A DNA stretch of 64,000 bases from an uncultured Gammaproteobacteria bacterium (lineage in GTDB: Bacteria > Patescibacteriota > Patescibacteriia > Magasanikbacterales > GWA2-37-8), in NCBI GenBank assembly GCA_964641245.1, contig CAZXML010000001.1, positions 127,959 to 191,958 on the forward strand, written 5' to 3'. Every line of letters starts with the position of its first letter. Within the stretch, counting starts at the first letter, position 1. The notes beneath the pieces are model-generated. The model saw only the letters and a list, made by a program, of their open reading frames with translations, made no database searches and had not been told where the DNA came from. Positions 39,148 to 48,930 of the stretch are shown piece by piece. The position numbers and the translations under genes are program-made.

Positions 39148-39534
39148 TCACTTAAACAAAAACTTGAATAATTTTATTATCCATACTTCATCGTTTTTCT
39201 TCTCAGCTACAACTTTGCTATCAAGTTTTTTTACTACTGGTATGGTCTCAACTTTTGGTTTTATGCCTGTATTTGTTTTTGGAACGGCTGGTTGTTTATA
39301 TTCTGGAGCCGGAGTGGTATATCCTCCTGTCTCTGAAAAATGGCTCTTAACAGGCGCTTTGGGCTGTGGCATGGCCTTTGCCCTGTGACAATGGTATTCG
39401 CCGGTGCTAAGACCCCATTTAGCGCAATTTGTACGGCAGGTGTGACAACCTGACGAATCGGTCCGGCCAGGATGGGCTAGAACTAGCGAGGGAAGCATTA
39501 AAGCTAAAACTGTTAACAGAAGTGTATATCTCAT
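39148..39534 (-). CDS. secreted YHYH-domain-like Cys/His-rich protein
   Basis: Signal peptide and 'HPGRTDSSGCHTC...GEYHCH'. Confidence 0.5.
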   Translation of the reverse strand: MRYTLLLTVLALMLPSLVLAHPGRTDSSGCHTCRTNCAKWGLSTGEYHCHRAKAMPQPKAPVKSHFSETGGYTTPAPEYKQPAVPKTNTGIKPKVETIPVVKKLDSKVVAEKKNDEVWIIKLFKFLFK

Positions 39535-39537
39535 AGC

Positions 39538-40563
39538 TTAAAATCTCCAAAGAATAACCAACAAAGCGATGAGGCCGGAGGTTTGGAAAATTACATGTGG
39601 ATGTTGCTTGCGAATTTCAATAAATATTTTTAACAGCAAGGCCAAAGCAAAGAAAATAATTGCGCCCAAGTAAATATTTTTTGATACTTCAAAAATATTG
39701 GTCACGGGAGATAAAACGCTTTTGGCCTGGATATATTTATCTATCGGAGTTGGCGCTTTTAGATTCATTACCGGACCAGCCACTGGCGTAATATTTTCTA
39801 TTTTAGCGGCCAATACCGATGAGGTGGTGCTGGTAGAGTTAACTACTTCTACCTCTTCGGCAATCACTTCTCTTATTTCCGGTTTTGTCTCCGTCTTTAT
39901 TTCAATAGGGTTGTTAACTATTTTTTCAACTTTTGGTTTTATAGCCACTTTTATCGGTTTTTTTATGGTTGCAACGATGGAAAGCGGTGAAGCAAAATGT
40001 TGCGCAATAAAAACAGTTGGTTGACCATTGAATACACCACCGGATAAACCAACGCCAAAATTTATAAAATCAGAGTCTATAAGGTTGGCATAATGGGTTG
40101 GGCTGTTTTTCCAAGCGTTTACTATATCTTGTGCGGTGCTATACCCTACCGCCAAATTTTCACCGGCTGTTTCGTATTCATAGCCGACTGATCTTAACCA
40201 AGTGGCCACGGTTTTATTATTTTCGGCATGGGCAAAATACTCTTTGCTAGACATGTCATCGGCTTTATATTGCGCCGAGGTGTTTAACTTGGCAACCACT
40301 GTTAAAGCGGGCAAGCCTTTGTCGGCGCGCGCTTCATTAGTTAAGACCACTATTTGTCTTTGTTCTTCAGCTAAAACATCAGGCAAAACAAACACTTCGG
40401 TGGGTAATAAAATAACAAAAACCACCACTACAACTTTGGTCAATAAAAAAACTAAACTATAAAATACCGCTCTTTTGGTGTGCAAAATATGCGGGTGATA
40501 GTTATTCTCCGCATGAGGGATAAAATATTTTTTTAGAGTCTTGCGCATACAGATATTATACAC
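39538..40563 (-). CDS. CAP/SCP (cysteine-rich secretory protein) domain protein with a C-terminal membrane anchor
   Basis: 'LTNEARADKGLPAL' ... 'AHAENN' ... 'GENLAVGY' ... 'WKNSPTHYANL'. N- and C-terminal hydrophobic segments. Confidence 0.6.
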   Translation of the reverse strand: MYNICMRKTLKKYFIPHAENNYHPHILHTKRAVFYSLVFLLTKVVVVVFVILLPTEVFVLPDVLAEEQRQIVVLTNEARADKGLPALTVVAKLNTSAQYKADDMSSKEYFAHAENNKTVATWLRSVGYEYETAGENLAVGYSTAQDIVNAWKNSPTHYANLIDSDFINFGVGLSGGVFNGQPTVFIAQHFASPLSIVATIKKPIKVAIKPKVEKIVNNPIEIKTETKPEIREVIAEEVEVVNSTSTTSSVLAAKIENITPVAGPVMNLKAPTPIDKYIQAKSVLSPVTNIFEVSKNIYLGAIIFFALALLLKIFIEIRKQHPHVIFQTSGLIALLVILWRF

Positions 40564-40575
40564 TTACCTTTTTAA

Positions 40576-40607
40576 AAAATCCACCCAAAATTAATCAAGG
40601 TGGATCT
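40576..40607 (-). terminator. rho-independent terminator downstream of the peptidoglycan-binding-protein gene
   Basis: On the minus strand, ATCCACC-ttgattaattttg-GGTGGAT is followed by TTTTTT. Confidence 0.45.
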
Positions 40608-40631
40608 TTTATTTGCTAGTTATTTTACTAA

Positions 40632-41270
40632 TTATTTGGAAGCCAAGTATTTTGCAACGGCAGTGCGGGTTATTGACCCGTAGAAACCGGTTACAGCTTG
40701 TTTGGATGGGAAGAAACCTGCTTGTTTGAGTAATGTTTGTAATTCACTTACTTCGGCGCCTCTGCCACCAAACTTGGTGATAGCAATCAAATCGTCTGCG
40801 CGTGTAATTTTTACACCCAATACCTGGCCGGTTTTAGAAGCGAGATACTTTCCAACAGCGGCTTTGGTTATTGAACCATAGAAACCAGTGGAAGATATAT
40901 TTTTTGGAAAAAATCCAAGTCTTTTTAATTCATCTTGCAATAATTTTACATCATTGCTTCTAGTACCAAATTTGGTACTAGCAACCAATTCGTCCACAAG
41001 TTCAATTTTTACACCCAATACCTGACCGGCAGGAAGGGTAACAACTGGAGTGGTCGGAATTACGACAGGGACATTAGGAGTTACTAGAACACCCCCTTGA
41101 GAAGCAGTGTTTACTGGGACACCAGAACCACCACCGCCGCCACCGTAGCCGAAAGCACTTTTTATACCAAAAAACGCACCTTTACCAAGCTGACCTGTTC
41201 CGAAGAATGCCACCATCAAAACAATAGCAACAAATACTACTTTCTTGAGTTTTTTCGCTAATTTCTGCAT
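40632..41270 (-). CDS. membrane-anchored protein with two putative peptidoglycan-binding (PG_binding_1-like) domains
   Basis: N-terminal TM helix, a Gly-rich linker, and two repeats of 'LLQ.ELKRLGFFP...TGFYGSIT.AAV.KYLASK'. Confidence 0.55.
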   Translation of the reverse strand: MQKLAKKLKKVVFVAIVLMVAFFGTGQLGKGAFFGIKSAFGYGGGGGGSGVPVNTASQGGVLVTPNVPVVIPTTPVVTLPAGQVLGVKIELVDELVASTKFGTRSNDVKLLQDELKRLGFFPKNISSTGFYGSITKAAVGKYLASKTGQVLGVKITRADDLIAITKFGGRGAEVSELQTLLKQAGFFPSKQAVTGFYGSITRTAVAKYLASK

Positions 41271-41301
41271 ATATTTTGTTAAATTAATGACTTACCAAGC
41301 A

Positions 41302-42972
41302 TTATAGCACAATCTCAAAAATTGTCAAGTGCCTAAAGGAAATCTCTCTTAATTTGTCTGAACCTAAAAATTGATACTTTAAGTAATCATTCTTTGCTAA
41401 ATTGTTATCCAGCATGATATATTTGACCCCTTTGGCCTTTAAGCCTTGTAAAATAGTCTCTGCGGAGCTGATTTGGTCCAACACAAGCGCTTCCACCTCT
41501 TTATTGTTCTTCTCTCCTGCCTGACTAAAGACACCGCCAATTTCCATGTTCTCTCCTTGGATCACCGGCTTGTCAAAAAATGCTTTGGCCGGATTAGCAG
41601 TAATCAAATAATTGTTAAAATCCAAAGAAAGATACTGATGCCAAGGCAAAAATACTACTTTAAATTCCGAATTATCTTTATTTAAAAATTCATTTGCCTG
41701 ATACCAAGATGTCGGATACCAAACCGGCTGTAGCTGGCGCGCAAAACCACCCACCATGGTATAAGTATAAAATACCGGCACTAAAAATAAAGCCCATAAT
41801 ACTGGCTGGTAATATTTTGGTAATTTCTTTGCCACATACTCAGAAATAGCCCAAACGCCAAACCCTCCAAAATAGGCGTAAGAGAAAGCCAGAATACCGC
41901 TAAATTTCTGCGTATCCCTAAATCCTCGCCAGAACCCTACATTATCAAACAACCATGCATTAAAGCCCTTAAAAGGGCTCTCACCGAGCCCACAGGCCAA
42001 TATGACAGCCGCCACACCAATAATAAGGAAAAACAACGCCTCATTTTTCCTATTTTTCAGAGCATGATAACCGCCGGTAATAACTACTATAGCAAGCAAC
42101 CCAAGAATAACTGACCAAAAAATTATATTATCTTTTGGCCAAAGAAAATAACCGGCCCACGGCTCTCGCTCACCCCAAAAACCATACAGAGTTAAAACAT
42201 TAAAAATTGTTTCTGTACTATTACTCCCCGCCGTTTTAAAAGCCAGCTGATTACCACTATCAAAAGTATTAAGCAAAGAGCTGTTTCTGTTTATAAAATA
42301 TGGCGCCAACCAATAGGAACTGAAGATGAGAAACAAGCTACCAAATACTAAAGCATACTTACCAATTCTCAACCACTCCCCATTTGCTGTTTTGGTTTTT
42401 AATTGCTTAACCGCCAACCCGATTAATTTAAATATAAAACAGCCACTAACAATCAATACTGCCATTACCAAGAAGTGCAAAGAAAACATGCCGATTAATA
42501 ATGTCCACAATAAAACCCCGCGCAGTTGTTTGAAAGAGTACTCTTTAAAAAACTCTATCAGATAATAAAAAAATGGCGGCAAAAAAGCATAAGCAAAAAG
42601 ATGCATCCAGTGGCCGGCCAATAGCCTTTCATAAACGAATGGGTTTAAAGAAAATAACAATGCTGCCCAATAATTGGCATAGTGTTTTTTGGGGATCGGC
42701 AAGAATTTAACCGCCAAATAGAACAAGCAAAAAAACAAAGCTACCAACACTATTTTTTGTACAACCCAACCGGATAGAAATTGATTCAAAAAACTAAACA
42801 AATAATCGACGGGTAAAGCGTTGTAAAAAGATCCCACGGAAAATAGCACCCTGTGCTTTGGTGTAAATATCATGTCCAGAGTCAAAATATAACCCGGCAA
42901 CAACATTTGCCACAAAACAATCAAACAATAAGCGCCGGAAAATAGTAAATTGTCTTTTGTGCTTTTTTGCAT
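41302..42972 (-). CDS. large polytopic membrane protein, paralogous to the N-terminal domain of the 43434-47168 protein (putative GT-C-fold glycosyltransferase)
   Basis: Shared blocks 'NRKN' and 'PF..W.LF...PGF.AFR...KF' with the neighbouring giant protein. Confidence 0.35.
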   Translation of the reverse strand: MQKSTKDNLLFSGAYCLIVLWQMLLPGYILTLDMIFTPKHRVLFSVGSFYNALPVDYLFSFLNQFLSGWVVQKIVLVALFFCLFYLAVKFLPIPKKHYANYWAALLFSLNPFVYERLLAGHWMHLFAYAFLPPFFYYLIEFFKEYSFKQLRGVLLWTLLIGMFSLHFLVMAVLIVSGCFIFKLIGLAVKQLKTKTANGEWLRIGKYALVFGSLFLIFSSYWLAPYFINRNSSLLNTFDSGNQLAFKTAGSNSTETIFNVLTLYGFWGEREPWAGYFLWPKDNIIFWSVILGLLAIVVITGGYHALKNRKNEALFFLIIGVAAVILACGLGESPFKGFNAWLFDNVGFWRGFRDTQKFSGILAFSYAYFGGFGVWAISEYVAKKLPKYYQPVLWALFLVPVFYTYTMVGGFARQLQPVWYPTSWYQANEFLNKDNSEFKVVFLPWHQYLSLDFNNYLITANPAKAFFDKPVIQGENMEIGGVFSQAGEKNNKEVEALVLDQISSAETILQGLKAKGVKYIMLDNNLAKNDYLKYQFLGSDKLREISFRHLTIFEIVL

Positions 42973-42974
42973 AT

Positions 42975-43430
42975 TTATTTTTTATCCTCGCTTTCTTCTT
43001 CCGGAAATCTATCCGGATGTCTTTTGTATTCAACAATTTGTAAAACTACGGTCATTACTAAAAAGAAATAAGCGTAAACCGCCATTGTTTCAGCTAACGC
43101 TTCCTTTTTTAAAGACAATAAGAAAGGACATGTCGCCAAGGATATAAGAGCAAAAACACCAATAATCCTATTATCCCATTTATACACCAAGAACAAGAGA
43201 AATAACAACCATAATAAAGAACTGGATAAGCCCCAAACAAAATAAGCACCAATAGCAAGCGCCAAAGCGATTAAGCCCCGCCATTTTTTACTTCTTACAT
43301 CATCAAGCACTATTTTAATCGCTTGTTTAATATACGAGAAAGACCAAGAAAATAATTTATTAAATTTATGTTTAATAAAAATAACAATCTCTTTAAAGCT
43401 GGGGATTTTAATTTTTATTTCTTTGGCCAT
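42975..43430 (-). CDS. hypothetical small membrane protein
   Basis: Two or three hydrophobic helices and an acidic C-terminus. Confidence 0.3.
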   Translation of the reverse strand: MAKEIKIKIPSFKEIVIFIKHKFNKLFSWSFSYIKQAIKIVLDDVRSKKWRGLIALALAIGAYFVWGLSSSLLWLLFLLFLVYKWDNRIIGVFALISLATCPFLLSLKKEALAETMAVYAYFFLVMTVVLQIVEYKRHPDRFPEEESEDKK

Positions 43431-43433
43431 ATT

Positions 43434-46400
43434 TTATATTATACTCTCCTTTTTCTTTTTCCTTTTTAATCTTAGACTGTTGATGCCCGCATACCCCAAA
43501 TATCCTAAACAGCCCACTAAGGTAGTACCGCTGATAAGTAGCCCTAAATAAAACCATCGCTGTGGGAAAAATTCTAGCACCATTTCAATATCGTATGTGC
43601 CGTCGGCATTTTTAGTACACATACTATTCTTTACGCAATACTCATCTACATCCACATACCAACCATTTAAAAAGTCATTTAACTTATAATGATACTCATC
43701 AGCAATTTTATCCGGTTTTACAAACGGCACCCACGATCCAAAGAATCCGTTAACTTTATCATTATTAAATTGCAATTGCCACTGCTCATGATAGCTCTCG
43801 CTCATCGCTAAATAGAACGGTGTTGTAGCACCTTTAATATGTACCAACTTTTTCGTTGGATTTATTAAATCAAAAGTAATTGATTTCGGTTCCTCAAGTT
43901 CAATACCCGGATCACTTACCAGATAATAAGCATCACTCAAATCAGGAACTTCAATTAACTTGAAATTGTCATATCTATTTATTATATTAGTCTTTTCATC
44001 TGTTGAATCAGCATAAACATACAAGGAAACAGAAGTCGCCCCCTCTGGAACTTTAATAAGTTTTGAAAAAGTATTCCAATTTTTGTCTTTAATAGCAAGA
44101 TCCTCTGAAATAATAGTTTTTTCTTTATCGTTAAAACTAAAATAGTATAAAGCATGATCCGCATTTGGGCTCTGATAGTCAAAACTAAATAAATACGAAC
44201 CGCCGGTAGTTACGTTCAAACCAATTGCGGTACAGGCGTTATGCCTTGTCGCTTCAAGTTGTAATGATTGCTCACCATCTGACTTTACTTCTTTATTCAC
44301 ATCCATACCCAAAATAGGATTTTTATCAAAATTATGACAATCACCCACTTTGTCCTGCCAAGGACCGCTCTCAAAAGATGGGTTAGGAATTATGTTTTGA
44401 TAATTATAGTTTTTATCTTGATATGTAAAGACAAAATTCACAGCGTTAGATTTTGGTAAAATATTTTTCGAATACTCGCTTGTAATGTTGGTGGGTACTT
44501 CTACGGCGCTAATATATTTTAATTTACTAAAATTAAAATTATCATACCGATTTATAACTTTTTCTACATTATCTGATGCTTTGGCATATATATAAAGAGT
44601 GGCTGAGGTGGCGTCCTGGGGAACGACAATCAATCTTCGGTATGTATTCCAATTTGCATCCACAATATTTATAACATCCTTTACTTCAGTTTTTTCTTTA
44701 TCATTAAAGACAAGATAAAAACTTGCCTGCTTAGCGTTTGGACTTTGAAAGTCAAAAGTTAATACGTACTTTCCAATATCTTGAATTGATATCTTTGTAT
44801 TAACACAAGCGGTGTGTTTCGTAGCATAAAGCTCTAATGACTGTGCCCCACTACTCATATTCTGTTGGGTCAAATTCATGCCTATGACAGGATTGCTATC
44901 ATAATTATTACAATCTCCGACTTTGTCTTGCCAAGAACCGCTCTCAAAAGAAGGATTATTGATCAGATTATTTGAACTTGCAAAAATACTGATTTGTGAA
45001 TCAGCCAAAGAATTGCCTAAATTTATAGTATTACCTTTGGTAAAGGCGGTAAAGTTACTTCCTTGTTCTAAATAATACTCTGTGTTTAAATTTTTAGAAA
45101 TATTTAAAATATTTTGTGAATCATTCTGACTTATAATTTGATTACCTATTTTTAACATCTCGCCATAATTTATGTTTATTTGTATTTTGCTATCGGTATC
45201 AACACCGTATACTCCAAAAACTTTCTTATTTGCATAGACAGTATTATCTTTATTGCTAACAAAAAAACTAGAAGTAGATACTAGTGTTTTACTATCCGAA
45301 AGAATACTACTAAACGATAAATCCTCAAACGGATTAGTTATTTTTATTAGAGGATTTGTATTTGTTTTTTTATCATTCACGCTAAAGTAAAAATCTGTAT
45401 TAAGTTTTTTGTTTATAAAATTAAATTTTGAATCAAGGTTATTTGCAGAATCAAAATCATATAATTTAGAAAATGGAAAAATTAGTTCTTTATAATTTTT
45501 ATTTTCATATATAACAAGATTTGTTGCACCTACATCCACCTTTTTTAACCAATTAACTTTATCAAGTTGATCAATATACCATTGCCGAATATTTGGGTTT
45601 TTATCTCCTCCGTAGTACTGAAAGAAATCGTCGTCGTTTGAAATATCTTGAATAGGAATAACAACATATTTTATTGAAGAGATACCAAATAATGTTTTAG
45701 AGAAAGACTGTTGAAAAACGTTGATTACTTGATTTTGCGCAGCCAAACCATTATTCGCTAAAAATAAATTGGCCCAAGTGGTATCTACTCCACTTACTTC
45801 GGGATGCAGGTTTGTGTTAATTCCCCATCGAGAATTTCTAGGCACCCAATATGTTCTAGAATAATCCGACTGTGACTCTACAAAATTTTTAAGCATTAGA
45901 TAGTCGGATGAGATACGGCGAGGCGTGAACATTGCGCCTATCTCCCCAGTAACAATAGGTTTGGTATTCCAAAGAAAGAGCGTAACAATAGCAACTATAG
46001 AGCAGTTTCTAACAAATACTCTGAATTTGTTCTTATTACTGTTTTTTAATATCCAAGCGACCAGAGAACCCAGCAATGCTGAATACCCAAGCGCGATCAA
46101 AAAATAAAACTTACTTGCTTCCCGAAACGCATTAAAGCCAGGGAAATGAGCAAAGAGCCAAGGATAGACTTGTGAAAAAGGTTGATCTACTTGTTTAGTT
46201 AAGAAAATACCAACCAAAGAAATAATCGTAAAAAACGTTATATATTTATTTTTTCGATTTAAAAGAAAACCAATAAAAGCAAAGATGGGTATAAGCCAAG
46301 AATAAAAAGAAATGGGCTGCACAATAAACCATTTAACCGCCGAGCCGGTCCAAAAAGGATGAAGGAGTGTAAAACTAGATTGTAAACTCCAGAAATTGTT

Positions 46401-47168
46401 CCCAAATAAGGATCTGTTTAGAACAGCATTATCTAGTAAAGAGCCACTCTCAATTTGTGGAAGAAACCAATAAAAATTTAAAAGAATAAAACAAAAAAAG
46501 GCAGCGAATATTTTTCCTAATAGAGAAAAAACTTTCATCTCACTGGATCGACCCATGAAGACTAAAAAGTATAAGAGATATAAAACCATAACGAACAGGA
46601 CTATATAAGACATTCGTATATCGTAAAAGGTTGAAACAAAGAGTAGTAAAGAAGATGCCAAAAGGTATCGAGAATTATTGTTTTTGGCATCTAGTCCAAC
46701 CATAAAAACAAAAAGTGCGCTCACGCAAAAAGCTGAAGCGGCAGTAATCATTTCATGGCCCTGTGTCGATATGGCCAAAAAATAGGTATTGAAAGACAAG
46801 ACCACCGAACCCATAAGTGCACCCCCGTTGCTTGATGTGATTTTCCTAACCAGGAAAAAGGAACTTAACGGCAATAAAAAGATAATCGGTATGAAAACTA
46901 CAAAGAAATCTGCAATATTCGAATTAAAATTTAGGTAACCAAAAAAACTGTATAGTAAGTACACTGGCGCTTTCCAAAAGGTCAAATCTATGGAGCCAAA
47001 ACCTGTACTAGCGAGCCGAACCGAGAGCACCGAAAGTTCCTTGAGTTTACTAGCATAAAGGAACCCCCAATCAGCATGTTGAAAAATAGAGAAGGTAAAC
47101 CAAATATGATATGTCACTAGACCAAAAACAGTCAAAAAAACAGTGTAAATTATAGACTTATTTTTCAT
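43434..47168 (-). CDS. giant (1244 aa) polytopic membrane protein with two tandem C-terminal CBM4/9-like carbohydrate-binding domains
   Basis: About 12 N-terminal TM helices. Duplicated ~140 aa modules begin 'NPSFESG.WQDKVGDC.N.D.NP..GM' and end 'INRYDNF'. A C-terminal TM anchor and a K-rich tail follow. Confidence 0.5.
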   Translation of the reverse strand: MKNKSIIYTVFLTVFGLVTYHIWFTFSIFQHADWGFLYASKLKELSVLSVRLASTGFGSIDLTFWKAPVYLLYSFFGYLNFNSNIADFFVVFIPIIFLLPLSSFFLVRKITSSNGGALMGSVVLSFNTYFLAISTQGHEMITAASAFCVSALFVFMVGLDAKNNNSRYLLASSLLLFVSTFYDIRMSYIVLFVMVLYLLYFLVFMGRSSEMKVFSLLGKIFAAFFCFILLNFYWFLPQIESGSLLDNAVLNRSLFGNNFWSLQSSFTLLHPFWTGSAVKWFIVQPISFYSWLIPIFAFIGFLLNRKNKYITFFTIISLVGIFLTKQVDQPFSQVYPWLFAHFPGFNAFREASKFYFLIALGYSALLGSLVAWILKNSNKNKFRVFVRNCSIVAIVTLFLWNTKPIVTGEIGAMFTPRRISSDYLMLKNFVESQSDYSRTYWVPRNSRWGINTNLHPEVSGVDTTWANLFLANNGLAAQNQVINVFQQSFSKTLFGISSIKYVVIPIQDISNDDDFFQYYGGDKNPNIRQWYIDQLDKVNWLKKVDVGATNLVIYENKNYKELIFPFSKLYDFDSANNLDSKFNFINKKLNTDFYFSVNDKKTNTNPLIKITNPFEDLSFSSILSDSKTLVSTSSFFVSNKDNTVYANKKVFGVYGVDTDSKIQININYGEMLKIGNQIISQNDSQNILNISKNLNTEYYLEQGSNFTAFTKGNTINLGNSLADSQISIFASSNNLINNPSFESGSWQDKVGDCNNYDSNPVIGMNLTQQNMSSGAQSLELYATKHTACVNTKISIQDIGKYVLTFDFQSPNAKQASFYLVFNDKEKTEVKDVINIVDANWNTYRRLIVVPQDATSATLYIYAKASDNVEKVINRYDNFNFSKLKYISAVEVPTNITSEYSKNILPKSNAVNFVFTYQDKNYNYQNIIPNPSFESGPWQDKVGDCHNFDKNPILGMDVNKEVKSDGEQSLQLEATRHNACTAIGLNVTTGGSYLFSFDYQSPNADHALYYFSFNDKEKTIISEDLAIKDKNWNTFSKLIKVPEGATSVSLYVYADSTDEKTNIINRYDNFKLIEVPDLSDAYYLVSDPGIELEEPKSITFDLINPTKKLVHIKGATTPFYLAMSESYHEQWQLQFNNDKVNGFFGSWVPFVKPDKIADEYHYKLNDFLNGWYVDVDEYCVKNSMCTKNADGTYDIEMVLEFFPQRWFYLGLLISGTTLVGCLGYLGYAGINSLRLKRKKKKESII

Positions 47169-48124
47169 ATTTTACTTCTAAGCCAGACCTTAAACCATGA
47201 TGGCGTTAGATGAAAATAAATATAATACACAATTTTGATTGGAACTTTCTTAAGAATGAACTTCGGCTGGTCTTCTTTAAAACAAGTTTGATTTAAGTAC
47301 AAAAAATACCGAGCTTTAAAGGGCCCCGTGCTTTCATATAGCCACGGTTTTGTAAACGGACTTGCGTAGTGTATTATTTTTGGATTTATCTTTGCGTAGG
47401 TCAATTCCTTCTTTGAGTAGGTGGTATGATTATCGCCAGAGTAGAAGCTAAGACTGGCTAAAAAGTTCCACTCAAGGGGCAGCTGTCTCCAGCTATTCCA
47501 AAGAACGGCATTAAGCGCGGACTGATCTAAGCTATGATTTAGACTATTAATACTTTCAAGTGAAGTCATTAGACGTTTGGGTATACAATTTTCTCTGAAT
47601 GCCTTCATGTCTATGAGCATTACCCCAGAATTGAAGTAACCGTTTGTGGCTGGGATTCCTAGTGAATCCTTATATTCAATTTCCATTAAAACATTAGGAT
47701 CTCTGACAGCATACAAAAGCGCTCCTGCGAAAGGAAGAAAGAAAATTTCCGCAATATCACCCTCGACAACTATGTCGGAATCAAGATAAAGAATCCGATC
47801 AGTATTTGGAAGTAAAAATGGCAGATTAAGTCGGGCATAGGCCGCCCGCGATATATTCTTGGTTTCTTTGAGATGCAGAAACTGATTCAAGTCAATTCGA
47901 ATAAAGCTAATCTTTGAGTGATCTTCGAACTGAGTGAGTGACTTAATGATTTTTGACTTACGGGACTCACTAATACCGCAATCGAGGATGTACACGTTGA
48001 ACATAAAATCCTTAGAGGAATTCTGCAACAATGAAAAGAGCGTCACGCACAAATGTTGTGCAAATTTATCATCTGCCGAGCATGCAATATTTATTACTCT
48101 CTGATTATTAGATATGGATTTCAT
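47165..48124 (-). CDS. glycosyltransferase family 8 (LPS alpha-1,3-galactosyl/glucosyltransferase-like)
   Basis: 'INIACSADDKFAQHL', 'LYLDSDIVV' and 'FNSGVMLIDMK'. Confidence 0.7.
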   Translation of the reverse strand: MKSISNNQRVINIACSADDKFAQHLCVTLFSLLQNSSKDFMFNVYILDCGISESRKSKIIKSLTQFEDHSKISFIRIDLNQFLHLKETKNISRAAYARLNLPFLLPNTDRILYLDSDIVVEGDIAEIFFLPFAGALLYAVRDPNVLMEIEYKDSLGIPATNGYFNSGVMLIDMKAFRENCIPKRLMTSLESINSLNHSLDQSALNAVLWNSWRQLPLEWNFLASLSFYSGDNHTTYSKKELTYAKINPKIIHYASPFTKPWLYESTGPFKARYFLYLNQTCFKEDQPKFILKKVPIKIVYYIYFHLTPSWFKVWLRSKI

Positions 48125-48930
48125 AGGTAATACGCAACTCCACCCGCAACAAACTCGCTGGTTTTCATAAATAACATCCCTATCCCAATCACAGGGTTCT
48201 TAAATAATTTATTTGGCTGAGAAAAAAATAATTTATACCTTTGAATTACTCCTGTTTGATTCTTTACCTTGTTCTCATTTTTATTTTTATCAATGTAAGA
48301 TTTAAAGTACTTGGCATAATAATATTTCTTCTTAACAATTTTTAAAAGACTTATTTCCCCCTCATTGTGATAAATAAAATCATCAATTCTACTAATTTTT
48401 CCAACACTTTCAACTCTCTGTGACAAATCCCAATCTTCTCCGCTAACCATGCTTTCGTTATAACCACCGGTATCTTTATATATATTTTTATCAAAAAACC
48501 TAGCTGCTTCCATCCACTCCACACCTACATAAAAACTCCTCTCTAATTTTTTACATTGCGCCCAAAATCCTTTTCCAAAAGATTCTTCGGGGATAATAAT
48601 ACCTTTTATTTGTTGATCTACTTTTATTTTATTTACACAACTTTCAATAACTTTTTTTGAAAGTTCCATATCACTATCGATAATAACCACATACACTCCT
48701 TGAGAGCTATTTACTCCAAAATTTCGTTGGGCACTTCTCTCTGGACCTTGGTTAAAAACTTTATCCGTATATTTTTGCGCAATTTCCTTAGTATTATCAG
48801 TACTACTATTATCAACCACGATGATTTCTACATTCTTATAGCTCTGCTCTTTTATAGATTTCAAACAAGCCTCGAGTGTTTTTGAGGAATTTTTTGTTGG
48901 TATAATTACTGACACTAAAGGATTATTCAT
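48121..48930 (-). CDS. glycosyltransferase family 2
   Basis: 'VSVIIPTKNSSKTLEACLKSIKEQSY..EIIVVDNSSTDNT'. Confidence 0.75.
   Translation of the reverse strand: MNNPLVSVIIPTKNSSKTLEACLKSIKEQSYKNVEIIVVDNSSTDNTKEIAQKYTDKVFNQGPERSAQRNFGVNSSQGVYVVIIDSDMELSKKVIESCVNKIKVDQQIKGIIIPEESFGKGFWAQCKKLERSFYVGVEWMEAARFFDKNIYKDTGGYNESMVSGEDWDLSQRVESVGKISRIDDFIYHNEGEISLLKIVKKKYYYAKYFKSYIDKNKNENKVKNQTGVIQRYKLFFSQPNKLFKNPVIGIGMLFMKTSEFVAGGVAYYL

Noticed and set aside
44300-45000. The two CBM-like modules of the giant membrane protein could have been a DGR variable/template repeat pair.
   Set aside because: They are only about 45% identical at the protein level, show no adenine-specific mismatches, and there is no RT nearby. 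This is an ancient domain duplication.
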